Assembly (NCBI GenBank): GCA_002269645.1 | Contig: NIVC01000319.1 | Coordinates: 372,001-436,000 of the forward strand | Source: Macrostomum lignano | Lineage: Eukaryota | Reading direction: 5' to 3' | DNA length: 64,000 nt | Shown: positions 1 to 13,103 of the stretch, one piece after another | Position numbering within the stretch: the first letter of the stretch is position 1 | Layout: each line of letters starts with the position of its first letter | Notes under the pieces: model-generated | The model's database searches: none | What the model was told of the DNA's origin: nothing | Seen by the model: only the letters and a program-made list of their open reading frames with translations | Made by a program: the position numbers and the translations under genes

Positions 1-79
1 AAAGCTACCCTTTGATCTAAAAAGAGTCACTTGAGCTGTTTTTATCGTCGATAATGACTCAGACGTGCTCCATTCGCAG

Positions 80-781
80 ATGGACCGGTTATCGGTGCGC
101 ATTCGCGAGGGCACAAATACACCCCGGGTGACGAGCGGCCTCCGGTTATCAAACTTGCCGTCGAAAGCAGATTTCCTAATTCGAAAATAATGATGCAAAT
201 ACCTTTGAAAACATTTCCTCCGCCTCTAATATTAGTCAATATTGCTGGCTTTGAAGTCGGCTCGAGTTTCCTCGTAGTGAAATTGGAGGCCTGTTTTTGC
301 GGCCTGAATCCGCGTAGGCAAGGGGTTGGCTGGATGGGAATATGTTCGGTTTGTCAGGCCGCTTATTAATTCACTGCAACGGCTTCGAAGCCCTTCTGGA
401 CCAAAATAGACAGTCCATGCGAGTTGGAACGCGTGCTGCTGACGGCTTTCAGGTACGAAATGGACAATAATATTTTTCGACAGCATATTTTCAAGGCGTT
501 TTTTAATCTATTTTTTATGCTTCTTCGGTTCAGTGGCACCTGGATAGTTGTCTCAGTTTCTCTTTCTGACATCTTGTTAATAAGGGCAGCAGGAGTCAAC
601 CTTGCAGTTTGGAAATTAATTACACACTAAGCAGTGCGCCTGCGGAGCCTTTGATTTTACCTGCAGCTTCAAACTCGAAGTCCAAGTTCAACTAATCTTT
701 TAGATGCCCTTCTTCGACGAACTCAATGTCAAAGCGAGTACTGAGAATTTGAGCTATCAATTTTGCAAGACACAAGTCTGA
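80..781 (+). CDS. Candidate small spliced gene fragment antisense to the Hv intron (exons ~80-127, 358-452, 704-781), product unknown
   Basis: The splice sites are phase-compatible: ttcgcag|80, 127|GTGACG, ttgtcag|358, 452|GTACGA, and actaatcttttag|704 (branch-point-like ACTAAT). The joined frame reads ..GPVIGAHSRGHKYTPGGRLLIHCNGFEALLDQNRQSMRVGTRAADGFQMPFFDELNVKASTENLSYQFCKTQV*. No recognisable homology. Confidence 0.28.
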
Positions 782-812
782 TTCAGATTCCATTGTACAA
801 TTATCTACTCAC

Positions 813-1336
813 CTCGAACTTCTCTCGCACAAAGTTCCGACCGAGGCAGACAATTTTCAGCGCCACCTCGAGGACGAACAGGCCGAGAATCCCAATGCTG
901 ACGAAGTGCAGCACGGCTGAGACGTCGTGCAGCACCTTGGCGTGGCTGAACTCCTGCTGGAAGTTGGCGAACGCCGAAGTCGCCGACGAATACGACCGGT
1001 TGGTGTCACCCCAGGCGGCGGCGCCGGCGTCGCTGGCGACGTGTCGACGCAACCGCGGCTGGTGGGACCCGGCTACCGACGGACTGGGCGAGCTCGCTCC
1101 GGGCTGCCCGCCAGCCACCGAGGAGGTCACGTTGCATGAGATGCTGGAGTTCTGACTCAGCGTCAGGAGCACGTCGGCCATGTTGGTCACCAGGCGCTCG
1201 GCAAACTGAGGCGACGACGTCAGCTCCGGACTGAAGGCCGGCAGCAGGAGGCCTCGCTCGCCGAGCTGCTTGGCGAATGTTCGATTGACGAATCCGGCAG
1301 TCTGCACGAAGGCGTCCTCGAGCTCCTGCTTCTCGC
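813..1336 (-). CDS. HVCN1: Voltage-gated proton channel (Hv1-like) exon: long S1-S2 loop + S2 helix
   Basis: VLHFVSIGILGLFVLEVALKIVCLGRNFVREKFE aligns to human Hv1 S2/S2-S3 ([34 protein letters not shown]), keeping H140, F150, E153, K157 and E171 equivalents. Acceptor ttgcag|GC at 1336 (phase 1); donor GAG|GTGAGT at 813. Confidence 0.92.
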
Positions 1337-1974
1337 CTGCAATTCGCAAATTTGTGAGGCGCCGGTGTTTCGGATTCAGGCAATTTTGAGCTTGAGAAGT
1401 TTGGAGTTGTGAAACCGACCCAGCGAAATAGCATCGAGACAAAGTGACCGACTCGCTTTGGGTGGATCCCTAGGATAGCAGCTCCATTTCCGATTGGAGT
1501 CTCCTACCATAGGGTTTTTTGCATCAACTGATAGCTCGTATCGGGATGCAGTGCTCGGTGCTGCAATCCATTGGTTACACAGCCACATGGACTCGAGCTT
1601 CAGCTCTGCTAACTCTCATCTGTTTTCTACATGTCTTCATCCCTGACTAATCCTTTGGGATAACTAAAATCAACAGCATTGAGCTTAAATTTCCCGAGAT
1701 TCCGAGAACCCTTTAGAAAATCTCTCGACTGCGTAAGCAGTTTCCATCATCAACAAAATTCTCCGCTATTCGGCCATTTTCGAATATTCCGTCCTTGCAG
1801 CCTCTTCCATCATCTTCCTAAGCCCCTTTCAGGTAAATCTCAAATTCCAAAGATTTCCACAAACCCATGCAGATTAAACCTGGATGCGGTGTGCATCCCG
1901 GATGGATGCATCGGACTCCAGGAACGATGGATGAATAAATTATGGAGGCTTAAATCGGAGAATAAACCCCACCC

Positions 1975-2160
1975 AGCATATCCTGACAGCCCACAGTCAG
2001 GCACTGAGCATATCCTGACAGCCCACAGTCAGGCATTCAGCATATCCTGACAGCCCACAGTCAGGCACTGAGCATATCCTGACAGCCCACAGTCAGGCCC
2101 TCAGCATATCCTGACAGCCCACAGTCAGGCACTCAGCATATCCTGACACCCCACAGACGG
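1975..2160. repeat. 32-bp minisatellite, ~6 copies, each with a CCTGAC-N8-GTCAGG hairpin
   Basis: The unit agcatatcctgacagcccacagtcaggcactg recurs at 1975, 2007, 2039, 2071, 2103 and 2135. Confidence 0.95.
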
Positions 2161-2183
2161 CACCTATAGTCTTGGCTACTTAC

Positions 2184-2563
2184 TGGTGATGGCCTTGATC
2201 TCCAGGATGATCTCGGCGATTACAATGACGGCGTCGATGAGCACGAAGGCGCAAAGGATGATCTGCACTACGTTGGACCGGATTGCGTACAGCAGCCGCT
2301 CCTTCCATCTGAAATGCCGGTGGCGGGAGGAGCGCCTGAGGCTTCCGCTGGCGTCGCCATTTGCCGCCGCCGTTGCAGCTGCCGCCGCCGACCGAGGCGT
2401 GGACGGCAACGTCGGCGACAGGAGGCTGAGCAGCGACGATGAAGCTGACGAGGAGGAGGCGGCGGCAAACAGCAGCGGCGGCCTGGCCGGTGGCCCGCCG
2501 CCGAGGGCTCCTCCGTCGTCGCATTCATCGGATTCGTCACCGGATGACCGGTGGCGATAGCGG
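2184..2563 (-). CDS. HVCN1: Hv1-like exon: N-terminal cytoplasmic segment + S1 helix (common exon)
   Basis: SNVVQIILCAFVLIDAVIVIAEIILEIK matches human Hv1 S1 ([28 protein letters not shown]), including the selectivity Asp (D112 equivalent) and E119. Donor ACC A|GTAAGT at 2184 (phase 1) joins in frame to the 1336 acceptor. The frame is open to a phase-2 acceptor gggcgcag|C at 2563, with no ATG inside the N-terminal part. Confidence 0.92.
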
Positions 2564-2590
2564 CTGCGCCCAAACCGAGGCAGCTTGACT

Positions 2591-3036
2591 GCTTCTGTCT
2601 GCTTCTGTCTGCTTCTGTCTGCTTCTGTCTGCTTCTGTCTGCTTCTGTCTGCTTCTGTCTGCTTCTGTCTGCTTCTGTCTGCTTCTGTCTGCTTCTGTCT
2701 GCTTCTGTCTGCTTCTGTCTGCTTCTGTCTGCTTCTGTCTGCTTCTGTCTGCTTCTGTCTGCTTCTGTCTGCTTCTGTCTGCTTCTGTCTGCTTCTGTCT
2801 GCTTCTGTCTGCTTCTGTCTGCTTCTGTCTGCTTCTGTCTGCTTCTGTCTGCTTCTGTCTGCTTCTGTCTGCTTCTGTCTGCTTCTGTCTGCTTCTGTCT
2901 GCTTCTGTCTGCTTCTGTCTGCTTCTGTCTGCTTCTGTCTGCTTCTGTCTGCTCCTGTCTGCTTCTGTCTGCTTCTGTCTGCTTCTGTCTGCTTCTGTCT
3001 GCTTCTGTCTGCTTCTGTCTGCTTCTGTCTGCTTCT
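2591..3036. repeat. (GCTTCTGTCT)n 10-bp satellite, ~44 copies
   Basis: Near-perfect tandem array. Confidence 0.98.
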
Positions 3037-4726
3037 CCTGCTTTTCGATGCTTCTAAATCCTTCGGGGTCCAAGTTTGTCAGCTCAGATAAGGCCGAGTC
3101 TTAGGAAGGCCGCACTGCTCAGTTGTCGGACTCTTTTGATCCGGGTCAAGCAATGCCCACCCCCCCCCTCAGCCTCAGCCGGTGCCAACCCGCGGAGAGC
3201 ATCAGGGAAGGCAGGGAGCGAGTTGTCCGGAATGCCTGCTCCCTATTGGCCCAGTGAGATTGGATGCTCAGCTGAGGAGTTCCAGACGGAGGCTTGAGCA
3301 GGGAAGGGACCATGAGCTGCTTGTTGATTAAAATAGGTTGTTTGTTAAACCGCTTCGATAGCTTTTGAATCCAAGTCGCTTTATTTGGTGCTTTCGATCG
3401 AAAGGATTTGGTATTTAAATCCCTCAATTGCGACATTCAGTGGTCAATTTTTTAACTCAGACACAGATTTGTCCTCTTTTAGCTCGAGATTGTGCCGAGC
3501 TGAGAGAAAGGCCTGAGGGAGCAGAACTAAGGTCAGGCCAGCTTCCCAGACTAATTACCGCTGGGTTCCCCCGGCTCTCGGGAGAGTCTCGAACTCAGAC
3601 TAAGTGCGGCCGCTCTGTGACAGCTCGCGTCTCCATCAAGGCATCAAAGGCTCCGGGAGGGGGGAGCTGGAGAGGCGGCCTCTCTGTGTGCCCCTGGATT
3701 CCTGGGAATTCCCAGCTAGCAGCGAAGGTAGCGAAGACGAGGCGGCGTTGTCACGGAAACGAGGACTCGAGCAGGGAGCTCCGGAGGCTGAGTCTGGGGC
3801 GGCGGCGGCTGTTTTTTGACATGGAAATTTTCCAGTTTGCGCGCAACAGACGCGGTGGGGGGCATTTTCGTGCATGAAACTGCTGCAAAGATATAAATTC
3901 TGCCGTGTCCATCAAATGAGGGAATATTATTTGAAGGGCTGCAGACACCCTGGCACAACGCCTTCGGCGACATCGTCCAAACCAGTGCTGACGGCAATTC
4001 TGTCCATTCCGCTGACTTCTGAGCACACAAGCGCGCGGATACCGCATGTACGCAGGCACAGCACTCATACACTCGCTCACACAGGGTGTACAGAGGCCCT
4101 GAACTTTTAATGGTCAGGCATGTACACTCTGTGTGCCTAGGGAGTTGGACTTCATGGGACTGATCGAACCAGGGGCTGCAGAGCTCCGTTGCCTGTCCAG
4201 ATGTGTAGCTCGGGATGTCCATGACTCGGCTGTCATTTTGCTGCTGCGAAGGGGGCAAGGAAGACAAAGCGGCGGGTTTTCCCCGCTCCCCAATCATTGA
4301 TCCCTTTGCGAAAGCAAGTCAGCTGCTCACAGTCACCGCCCTTTACATGCAGAAAAACTGAAGGAGAGGCAATAAAAACCAGCTCAGACAGGGAGAGTGA
4401 AAGTGAGTTTATTGTATTGGATTATGATTATTATTATCGCACACGCATTGTCCCGGGCACAAAGGCCGGTGAAAAAAGCTGCCGATCCCCTCTTTTGAGC
4501 ACAAAGGCGAGCGGACGGAAAATCCAGGATTAAAACAAAAGGTTTGGCAGGGGAAACTCCGGCAGGGGAGGCTTCGATCGCGAATTAAAAAGCTGGGCGG
4601 AACTGCCGCCTTCCGGTTGCTATGGGATATTTTTAGCTGCCTTGCCATACGAGCTCGAAATTCGATCAATTGGTAGACGGCCGATCCGCTCAGTAGCCGA
4701 ATAATGTGTTTTAAAAGTACACCATT

Positions 4727-4925
4727 TTAGCAATCCACTTCTTTTATTCATCCTTGACGTTGGCTAGATTAGCAATCCATTTTATCCAATTCATATCTGA
4801 TTAGCTAGATTAGCAATTCAATTCTATTCCTTCATTCATGATTGGCTGGATTAGCAATCCATTCTGTTTCTATATTAATTCAGTGCTTTGGCTAGATTAG
4901 CAATCCATTTTATCCAATTCATTCA
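4727..4925 (-). repeat. Degenerate inverted copies of the 40-bp minisatellite at 5501-6390
   Basis: ttggctagattagcaatcca motifs (~5, spaced ~41-47 bp) are the reverse complement of tggattgctaatctagccaa. Confidence 0.85.
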
Positions 4926-5500
4926 TGATTAACATAAACCCAATTTTACGCGTGCTGCAGAATACGCAACAGAAGCATTAAAGAGTCAAAGGAAAAATGA
5001 ATAAACAATTTCATCCTTAAAACTCTATCCATTTGCAAAACACGCATAGAAAATTTAGCTTTTTCCTACTGTCAGTAGTGCAATATGTCAGAAATCTAAA
5101 ATACAATATTTTTCTGTAACCAAAACCGGCTGCCCTCTGCAACACGCCAAGGGATATCGATTCCGGGGATTACTGGGCTGCACATGGAGGGGAAAGTTTG
5201 TTTTGGGACAAGTTTGAGCTTTAAGAAGATTAGCTGTCGATTGCCGCTGCAGACTAAGCTAATTACCAGCGCCTCTATCCCGCTGCCGGGATCTGAAAGG
5301 CCGGCCCCTGCGACTCATAATCTGCTCCAGTCGATCATTCTCTGTCCCCGGGGATCCGAGACGGATCTCCCCTTGTCTTGAAGGCTTTCAGTTTCTGTGC
5401 CATTATTTTTAAACTGCAAACCGGCTTTCTGTCAACTGGCCCGCCGGGACGCCGCCTCAAATCGATGAGGGATATTGGGCCTGCAGCTGCTGCCTGTTCG

Positions 5501-6390
5501 CAATTGGATTGCTAATCTAGCCAACCATGGATTTGCTAATACAATGGATTGCTAATCTAGCCAATCATGGATTAGCTAATACAATGGATTGCTAATCTAG
5601 CCAATCATGGATTAGCTAATACATTGGATTGCTAATCTAGCCAACCATGGATTTGCTAATACAATGGATTGCTAATCTAGCCAATCATGGATTTGCTAAT
5701 ACAATGGATTGCTAATCTAGCCAATCATGGATTAGCTAATACAATGGATTGCTAATCTAGCCAATCATGGATTAGCTAATACAATGGATTGCTAATCTAG
5801 CCAATCATGGATTTGCTAATACAATGGATTGCTAATCTAGCCAATCATGGATTAGCTAATACAATGGATTGCTAATCTAGCCAATCATGGATTAGCTAAT
5901 ACAATGGATTGCTAATCTAGCCAATCATGGATTTGCTAATACAATGGATTGCTAATCTAGCCAATCATGGATTTGCTAATACAATGGATTGCTAATCTAG
6001 CCAATCATGGATTAGCTAATACAATGGATTGCTAATCTAGCCAATCATGGATTAGCTAATACATTGGATTGCTAATCTAGCCAATCATCGATTAGCTAAT
6101 ACAATGGATTGCTAATCTAGCCAATCATGGATTTGCTAATACAATGGATTGCTAATCTAGCCAATCATGGATTTGCTAATACAATGGATTGCTAATCTAG
6201 CCAATCATGGATTTGCTAATACAATGGATTGCTAATCTAGCCAATCATGGATTAGCTAATACAATGGATTGCTAATCTAGCCAATCATGGATTAGCTAAT
6301 ACAATGGATTGCTAATCTAGCCAACCATGGATTAGCTAATACAATAGATCGCTAATCTAGCCAATCATGGATTAGCTAATACAATGGATT
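5501..6390. repeat. 40-bp minisatellite, ~22 copies
   Basis: Unit tggattgctaatctagccaatcatggattagctaatacaa, period 40. Confidence 0.98.
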
Positions 6391-6427
6391 TCAGCTCAAG
6401 CAACAGCAGCGGTAAGAAATCACTCAC

Positions 6428-6553
6428 GACTTTTTTCTCCGCTTCGTATTCACGGAGCCGATTTCGCTCTGCAGGATGGCCAAGTCAATGTTGTCCTTCT
6501 GCAGCTGCTTGATGAACTTTTTGTTGTTCATCCAGCCGAACTGGTAGGAGTAC
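6428..6553 (-). CDS. Candidate upstream Hv exon A (first exon from ATG 6531, or internal phase 2-2 exon)
   Basis: Reads YSYQFGWMNNKKFIKQLQKDNIDLAILQSEIGSVNTKRRKK and ends AAG TC|GTGAGT (phase 2). A possible acceptor cccgcag|G lies at 6553. Coding-like codon usage. Confidence 0.55.
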
Positions 6554-6681
6554 CTGCGGGCCGGTGACAGCTTGACATTCAAATGTACCTTCTTTGCTTC
6601 AGAATGCGAATCGTTGAAATTTTGATTCTTTATGTCCTGCTTTCGGCTTGGATTTGGTTTGCTTGTGTTATGAATCATGCT

Positions 6682-6985
6682 GATAACCAGCACTGTACAT
6701 TGCGTCTATAGATAACCAGCACTGTACATTGCGTCTATAGATAACCAGCACTGTACATTGTGTCCATAGATAACCAGCACTGTACATTGTGTCCATAGAT
6801 AACCAGCACTGTACATTGTGTCTATAGATAACCAGCACTGTACATTGTGTCCATAGATAACCAGCACTGTACATTGTGTCTATAGATAACCAGCACTGTA
6901 TATTGTGTCCATAGATAACCAGCACATTGTGTCCATAGATGACTAGCACTGTACATTGTGTCTATTATGTCTATAGATAAGCAGC
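6682..6985. repeat. 29-bp minisatellite, ~10 copies
   Basis: Unit gataaccagcactgtacattgtgtccata. Confidence 0.95.
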
Positions 6986-7475
6986 ACTTTACAATGTGTC
7001 TAAAGATAAGCAGTAATTTTAACCACAAGTCAGTTTTCAGTCATATTCACAGTTAAAGTTCAGTTTTATAAAGTTAAGGCTGGAAATTCAGTCATCAAGT
7101 GCACATTGCCCCACACACTGCTGAGTTCTTCGCTGGCCTCTGAGACTTTGGCAGACGCTTTGAATTCGACTGCTGCCTCCTCAGCTCCCGCAGCCCCAGG
7201 CAACCTCAGCTGACCCCGAAAAAGAAAACATCAGCCGGAGGGGGCAAACAAACGGCCGAAGAAGCGGATGCCGTGATTGAGTGGGGTTTGGGGCGATCGC
7301 GGAGCTTCAAGTTCCGCTGGGAAGAACTGGGACAGCAATTAAGCGTGACCCCGGATCCCGGCGGCATCCCCGACTGTCGGGGACTCGGCTGTTTGCGAAT
7401 TCCGCTAGGAGCTTCTGGAGTGGCGATCAAGTATTATAGCACAGGCCTTCACACATTTGTGTCTTTGTGTCTTAG

Positions 7476-7664
<189 letters not shown>

Positions 7665-8493
7665 CACCCTTATTTAGTCCCAGCACTTGAACACCCAGAA
7701 TGAACAGCAGCTAAGAGAGGAAAGGCCTTAACAGGGGCTACAATAGACTGGGCAGTGCTGAGTTTCATGTATGTTTCGCTTCAACAATCTTCACACGGCT
7801 TCCGCTCCGTGCCCTTATAGGTTAAAACTGCCCGGGTTTTCAATAAAAACTTCCTTAAAGTTTAACGAAAAGAAAAGAAATGCGAGCGCAAATCTGGAGT
7901 GTTTCGCGTCTGGATCAGCGAGCCGGAGCGGCTGGACTTCAAGCTGAGTTGGCAGGCCTCGCGATTCCCCAAACAACTGCAAAGAGTGCGCGCGGCGCCT
8001 CGAACTTTCGAATAAACGGCGTCGTAAAGCCGCAGCCGCAGCCGCAGCAACTACGCGCTGCAGAGAAAGCAGAAGAAAGCCATTTTAGTATCCGCCCAGA
8101 GTTCGAGAGCGCGCGGCGGCGGAAATGTGTCCCTCCAAAATATTTTTTGCTTGCTGCATCCTCTGCGCCCGGTGCAGCTGCGCAGAAAGCTGCTGGCACA
8201 GCGGATCCCCAGGCCTGCCCGCCCCCGCCCTGGGTGTCCAGCTGCTGCTGATAGCCGCTGGTCTTAAAATGATGCGGTGTCGCTCCAGCCCCGGCTGCCA
8301 GGGGTGGGGGGGGAGCTTCTCGGGTCGGAGGAGAAACCCGAATTGTGGAAAAATATTTACTTAGAAGGAAAAAGTCTACAGGTGCTCCGGGACGGCAGAG
8401 AATCGTAATTAAGATGAAGTGGAAGCTGCTTCGCTGTGTGGTAAAGTAAATGAGACAGGTTTGATTTCATGGAAAAGGCATTGAAAGAAGACG

Positions 8494-9572
8494 GTCACTC
8501 AGACACAGTCACTCAGACACAGTCACTCAGCCGCAGTCACTCAGCCACAGTCACTCAGACACAGTCACTCAGCCACAGTCACTCAGACAGTCACTCAGCC
8601 ACAGTCACTCAGACACAGTCACTCAGACAGTCACTCAGCCACAGTCACTCAGACAGTCGCTCAGCCACAGTCACTCAGACACAGTCACTCAGCCACAGTC
8701 ACTCAGACAGTCACTCAGCCACAGTCACTCAGACACAGTCACTCAGACACAGTCACTCAGACAGTCGCTCAGCCACAGTCACTCAGACACAGTCACTCAG
8801 ACACAGTCACTCAGACACAGTCACTCAGACACATTCCCTCAGACACAGTCACTCAGACACAGTCCCTCAGACACAGTCACTCAGGCAGTCACTCAGCCGC
8901 AGTCACTCAGACACAGTCACTCAGACACAGTCACTCAGACACAGTCACTCAGACAGTCACTCAGCCACAGTCACTCAGACAGTCGCTCAGCCACAGTCAC
9001 TCAGACACAGTCACTCAGCCACAGTCACTCAGACAGTCACTCAGCCACAGTCACTCAGACACAGTCACTCAGCCACAGTCACTCAGACACAGTCACTCAG
9101 ACACAGTCACTCAGACACAGTCACTCAGACACAGTCACTCAGACACAGTCACTCAGACACATTCCCTCAGACACAGTCACTCAGACACAGTCCCTCAGAC
9201 ACAGTCACTCAGGCAGTCACTCAGCCGCAGTCACTCAGACACAGTCACTCAGACACAGTCACTCAGACAGTCACTCAGACACAGTCACTCAGCCACAGTC
9301 ACTCAGACAGTCACTCAGCCACAGTCACTCAGACACAGTCACTCAGACACAGTCACTCAGACAGTCGCTCAGCCACAGTCACTCAGACACAGTCACTCAG
9401 ACACAGTCACTCAGACACAGTCACTCAGACACATTCCCTCAGACACAGTCACTCAGACACAGTCCCTCAGACACAGTCACTCAGGCAGTCACTCAGCCGC
9501 AGTCACTCAGACACAGTCACTCAGACACAGTCACTCAGACAGTCACTCAGACACAGTGACTCAGACACAGTC
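8494..9572. repeat. 14/12-bp minisatellite (CAGTCACTCAGACA)n with higher-order variants
   Basis: Tandem array; the 389-aa ORF over it is repeat-derived. Confidence 0.97.
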
Positions 9573-11235
9573 GCAGGGGACACAGGGAACCTTTCGCTCA
9601 TGAAAAACACAGTCAATCGTTTAACCAAAAACAGGTGATAAAAAGCGCAGATCCGGAAACGCGAAGATGTCACAAATGGTGGGGGGCGCGGGCGGGGCGG
9701 TGGAATCGGGTGCAGATGGGGATCCCAGATTCCGAGGGGTATCGGGTGGTGTTTCATTCTGCGGCCCCACTTGAAGGCAGCAAGTTGCGATGCGGCTGTT
9801 TCTCACGCCGCCAAGCGAGTTTGTTTATCAGAACCGCACCGCCGCAAGCAAGTGCGCGAGGAGGACACCGGCAGGACCAGCTGCCTCTCGACTCCAATCG
9901 TCGCGCAAAAGTCCAAATATTCGGTCCCGTGGCGGGGGAGTTTTGTTTTACTGCGTCCCATTTTTGTTATAAACAAATGTCGATTTAGCAATCCGGGGGT
10001 TAATGCCTCAAGCTGCTGCACTGACGGTTATTCGAGATCCAAGCTCCGATCCACCGATCGGGTTCAAGACTTGACCGATCATCCGGGCGGAGCCGCTGAC
10101 CCTGGCTCTGCTCGGCCATGGGAACTCGGCCCTGTCGCTGCCACGTGCCCTGAATGACAGAACTGATTCAAAGCGGCCGTGAGCCTCGGCTCCGTCTTTT
10201 AATTAATGACGCCCAGCCTTCCTTTTACCCAGGGACAGCGGCAGCTCAGCATCGGAGCCGAGCGGGAAGAGAAATGGACTTTGAGCGATGGAAACTCCTG
10301 GAATGAAGGGAATTCTAGCGCCAATTTCCGATAAAACTCCTTCTTGGGAGAGGACTTTCCAAATGCCTATCCGCGTGGGCCCGGACATTCAATCGAGTTT
10401 GGCCTCAGCCTCTTTTGTGTCCCCTCCGTCTCACGGCTGGCTGCGCGGCTCCGAGTTTTATGCGGCGGCGGCCGTCCTCTCTCTGACTGAGATCAGACTG
10501 ATCGCTATCCCACGAAGTCCGCGCGCCGCCCGTGTTTCTCTATCGATATTGAGCTCAGCCAGACCGGCTCCATGATCTATGATTTATTGCCAGCTGAGTA
10601 AATTGCAATCTCTCTAGTCTCTATTTATTCATCAGTAGCTGCGGTGGTTGTAGCGGCGCAAACTGGATCGATAATGGATCGATAAAGGAGTGAGGTGGAC
10701 GGCCCAGGGAGGAGGGCGGTTGTACATGTACATTGCGAATGCACATTGATTCAATTGATGGGTTGAATGGCAGAGGGTGGGGCGATTTAATTTGGGTTCC
10801 GGGGTGCTTTCCGCCGCCCACTGTGTTTGGGGTGGGTCCCGGCGCGCACTTGTCTCGGGGCTGGGTGCGCCGCGGCCTAGGCGGGGGTGGGTGTCAGTGA
10901 GGGCTTTCGTGCTTTGTACCCGCCTCGCACTGTCTCGCTTCGCTGGGCTTGCGTAGAACGCACATTGATTCAATCGATGGGGGAATGGCGGAGGGTGGGG
11001 AATGATTCAATTTGGGGTTCAACACAGGAGGCTGTATTGAGGGTGAACCAAACCCCAGGGCGCTGAGAATGTACATTGTGTGACAATGAGAAAACGCGTA
11101 CGCTGCGGAATAGGCCTGGCTGCCCAATTATTGCCTCCTTGCTGGCTGGCAGCACTCACAGCCCTCACTCAAACTAACTGACCAAGCTCGCCAGGCCAAA
11201 CTGAGATGCCTGCACCGAGGGCTCCTTGAGCTCAC

Positions 11236-11504
11236 CCGTTACGGCCCCGCCTAGAGAGCCGACGGCCACCACCACCGCTGCCGCTTGTCGATCGTCCACC
11301 TGGCGGATCACCTGGCGTGGCAGCGGCATTTTCGGCCGAGTCGGCAATGCTCTCGGCAGCGGTGACCGCCGCGGCGGCTGCCTCGGCCTCCTCCTGATCC
11401 TGGTCCGTCTCCACTAGGAAGACGGCGGCATTTCGCCGCGTCCGAAATCGGCTGGGAGACGGCGGCGCGTTCTTGTCCGAGCCGCGGAGTTGCTGCTTGT
11501 CCAT
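11236..11504 (-). CDS. Candidate alternative first Hv exon B
   Basis: aacaagATGG start with an in-frame TGA 10 codons upstream. Reads MDKQQLRGSDKNAPPSP...RRGRN and ends AAC GG|GTGAGC (phase 2); 269 nt = 89 codons + 2. Confidence 0.55.
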
Positions 11505-11881
11505 CTTGTTGGGATCCGCGGGACTTCTGCCGGCTCAACAGTCTTGCCGGCCTGCCACTTCTCGGGATATTTTCCCCATTGCAGCGCCGGGAATGGGGCT
11601 GAGGCGGTCCGGGATTGGGCTCCTGCCTGGCTTTCTGGGATTGGACCAGGCGCGCCGGAAATTCCGCACATTCCTGCGGCCCTCTGGAGAGCCACGGAGG
11701 CCTTTCAAGGGATGCCAGAGCGATGCGTTGGAAATGGAATGTGACGGGGGATGACATGACTGTCCCTGTTTCACTGTTGGGATTGGCTGGCTGTTTGTAG
11801 CAAAATGGTAGTTTAGGACATTTATGAGGGCTGAACTACCCCAGCCCCAAGCTATACCATGCCCTCACTAAATACTTCACT

Positions 11882-12160
11882 GTCTGCCTCACTGCCTGCC
11901 TCACTGCCTGCCTCACTGCCTGCCTCACTGCCTGCCTCACTGCCTGCCTCACTGCCTGCCTCATTGCCTGCCTCACTGCCTGCCTCACTGCCTGCCTCAC
12001 TGCCTGCCTCACTGCCTGCCTCACTGCCTACCTCACTGCCTACCTCACTGCCTGCCTCACTGCCTGCCTCACTGCCTGCCTCACTGCCTGCCTCATTGCC
12101 TGCCTCACTGCCTGCCTCACTGCCTGCCTCACTGCCTGCCTCACTGCCTGCCTCACTGCC
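11882..12160. repeat. (CTCACTGCCTGC)n 12-bp satellite
   Basis: Tandem array. Confidence 0.97.
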
Positions 12161-12450
12161 TGGCTCACCACTTCAAGGATGACTAAAGTAGCGTCTACAA
12201 CTGAGTGGTTAAGTAGTCCATCAGTTCTTCCCTCACTGCCTTCCTCACAAGAAAGCTCAAATTTTAATTCAGATAAACGGCCTGCTGATGACTGCTGAGG
12301 TAAAACTTATATGAAGTATAGACTTTAAAAACACGATGCCCTACTTATTTGTTTGTGGTTGCTTTAAACAGTAGTATGTATTGCAAATGCTCTATTTTTT
12401 CCAAAACTTTTTTTGTTGACTAAAGCTAATTAGATCTTAACCTCAAAAAT

Positions 12451-13103
<653 letters not shown>

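Noticed and set aside
4021-4240. Possible extra Hv first exon (MDIPSY.../MTAESW...)
   Set aside because: The strong GTGAGC donor is phase 1 or 0 in the ATG-bearing frames, so it is incompatible with the 2563 acceptor. It could be non-coding.
7060-7210. Acceptor ttttctttttcggggtcag followed by a coding-like stretch (LRLPGAAGAEEAAVEFK...)
   Set aside because: Phase-0 entry, only weak donors, and it cannot be linked to the other exons.
10738-11025. ~70-bp direct duplication (10738 and 10958); similar ~135-bp duplication at 63535-63755
   Set aside because: Real but small degenerate duplications with no termini or function assignable.
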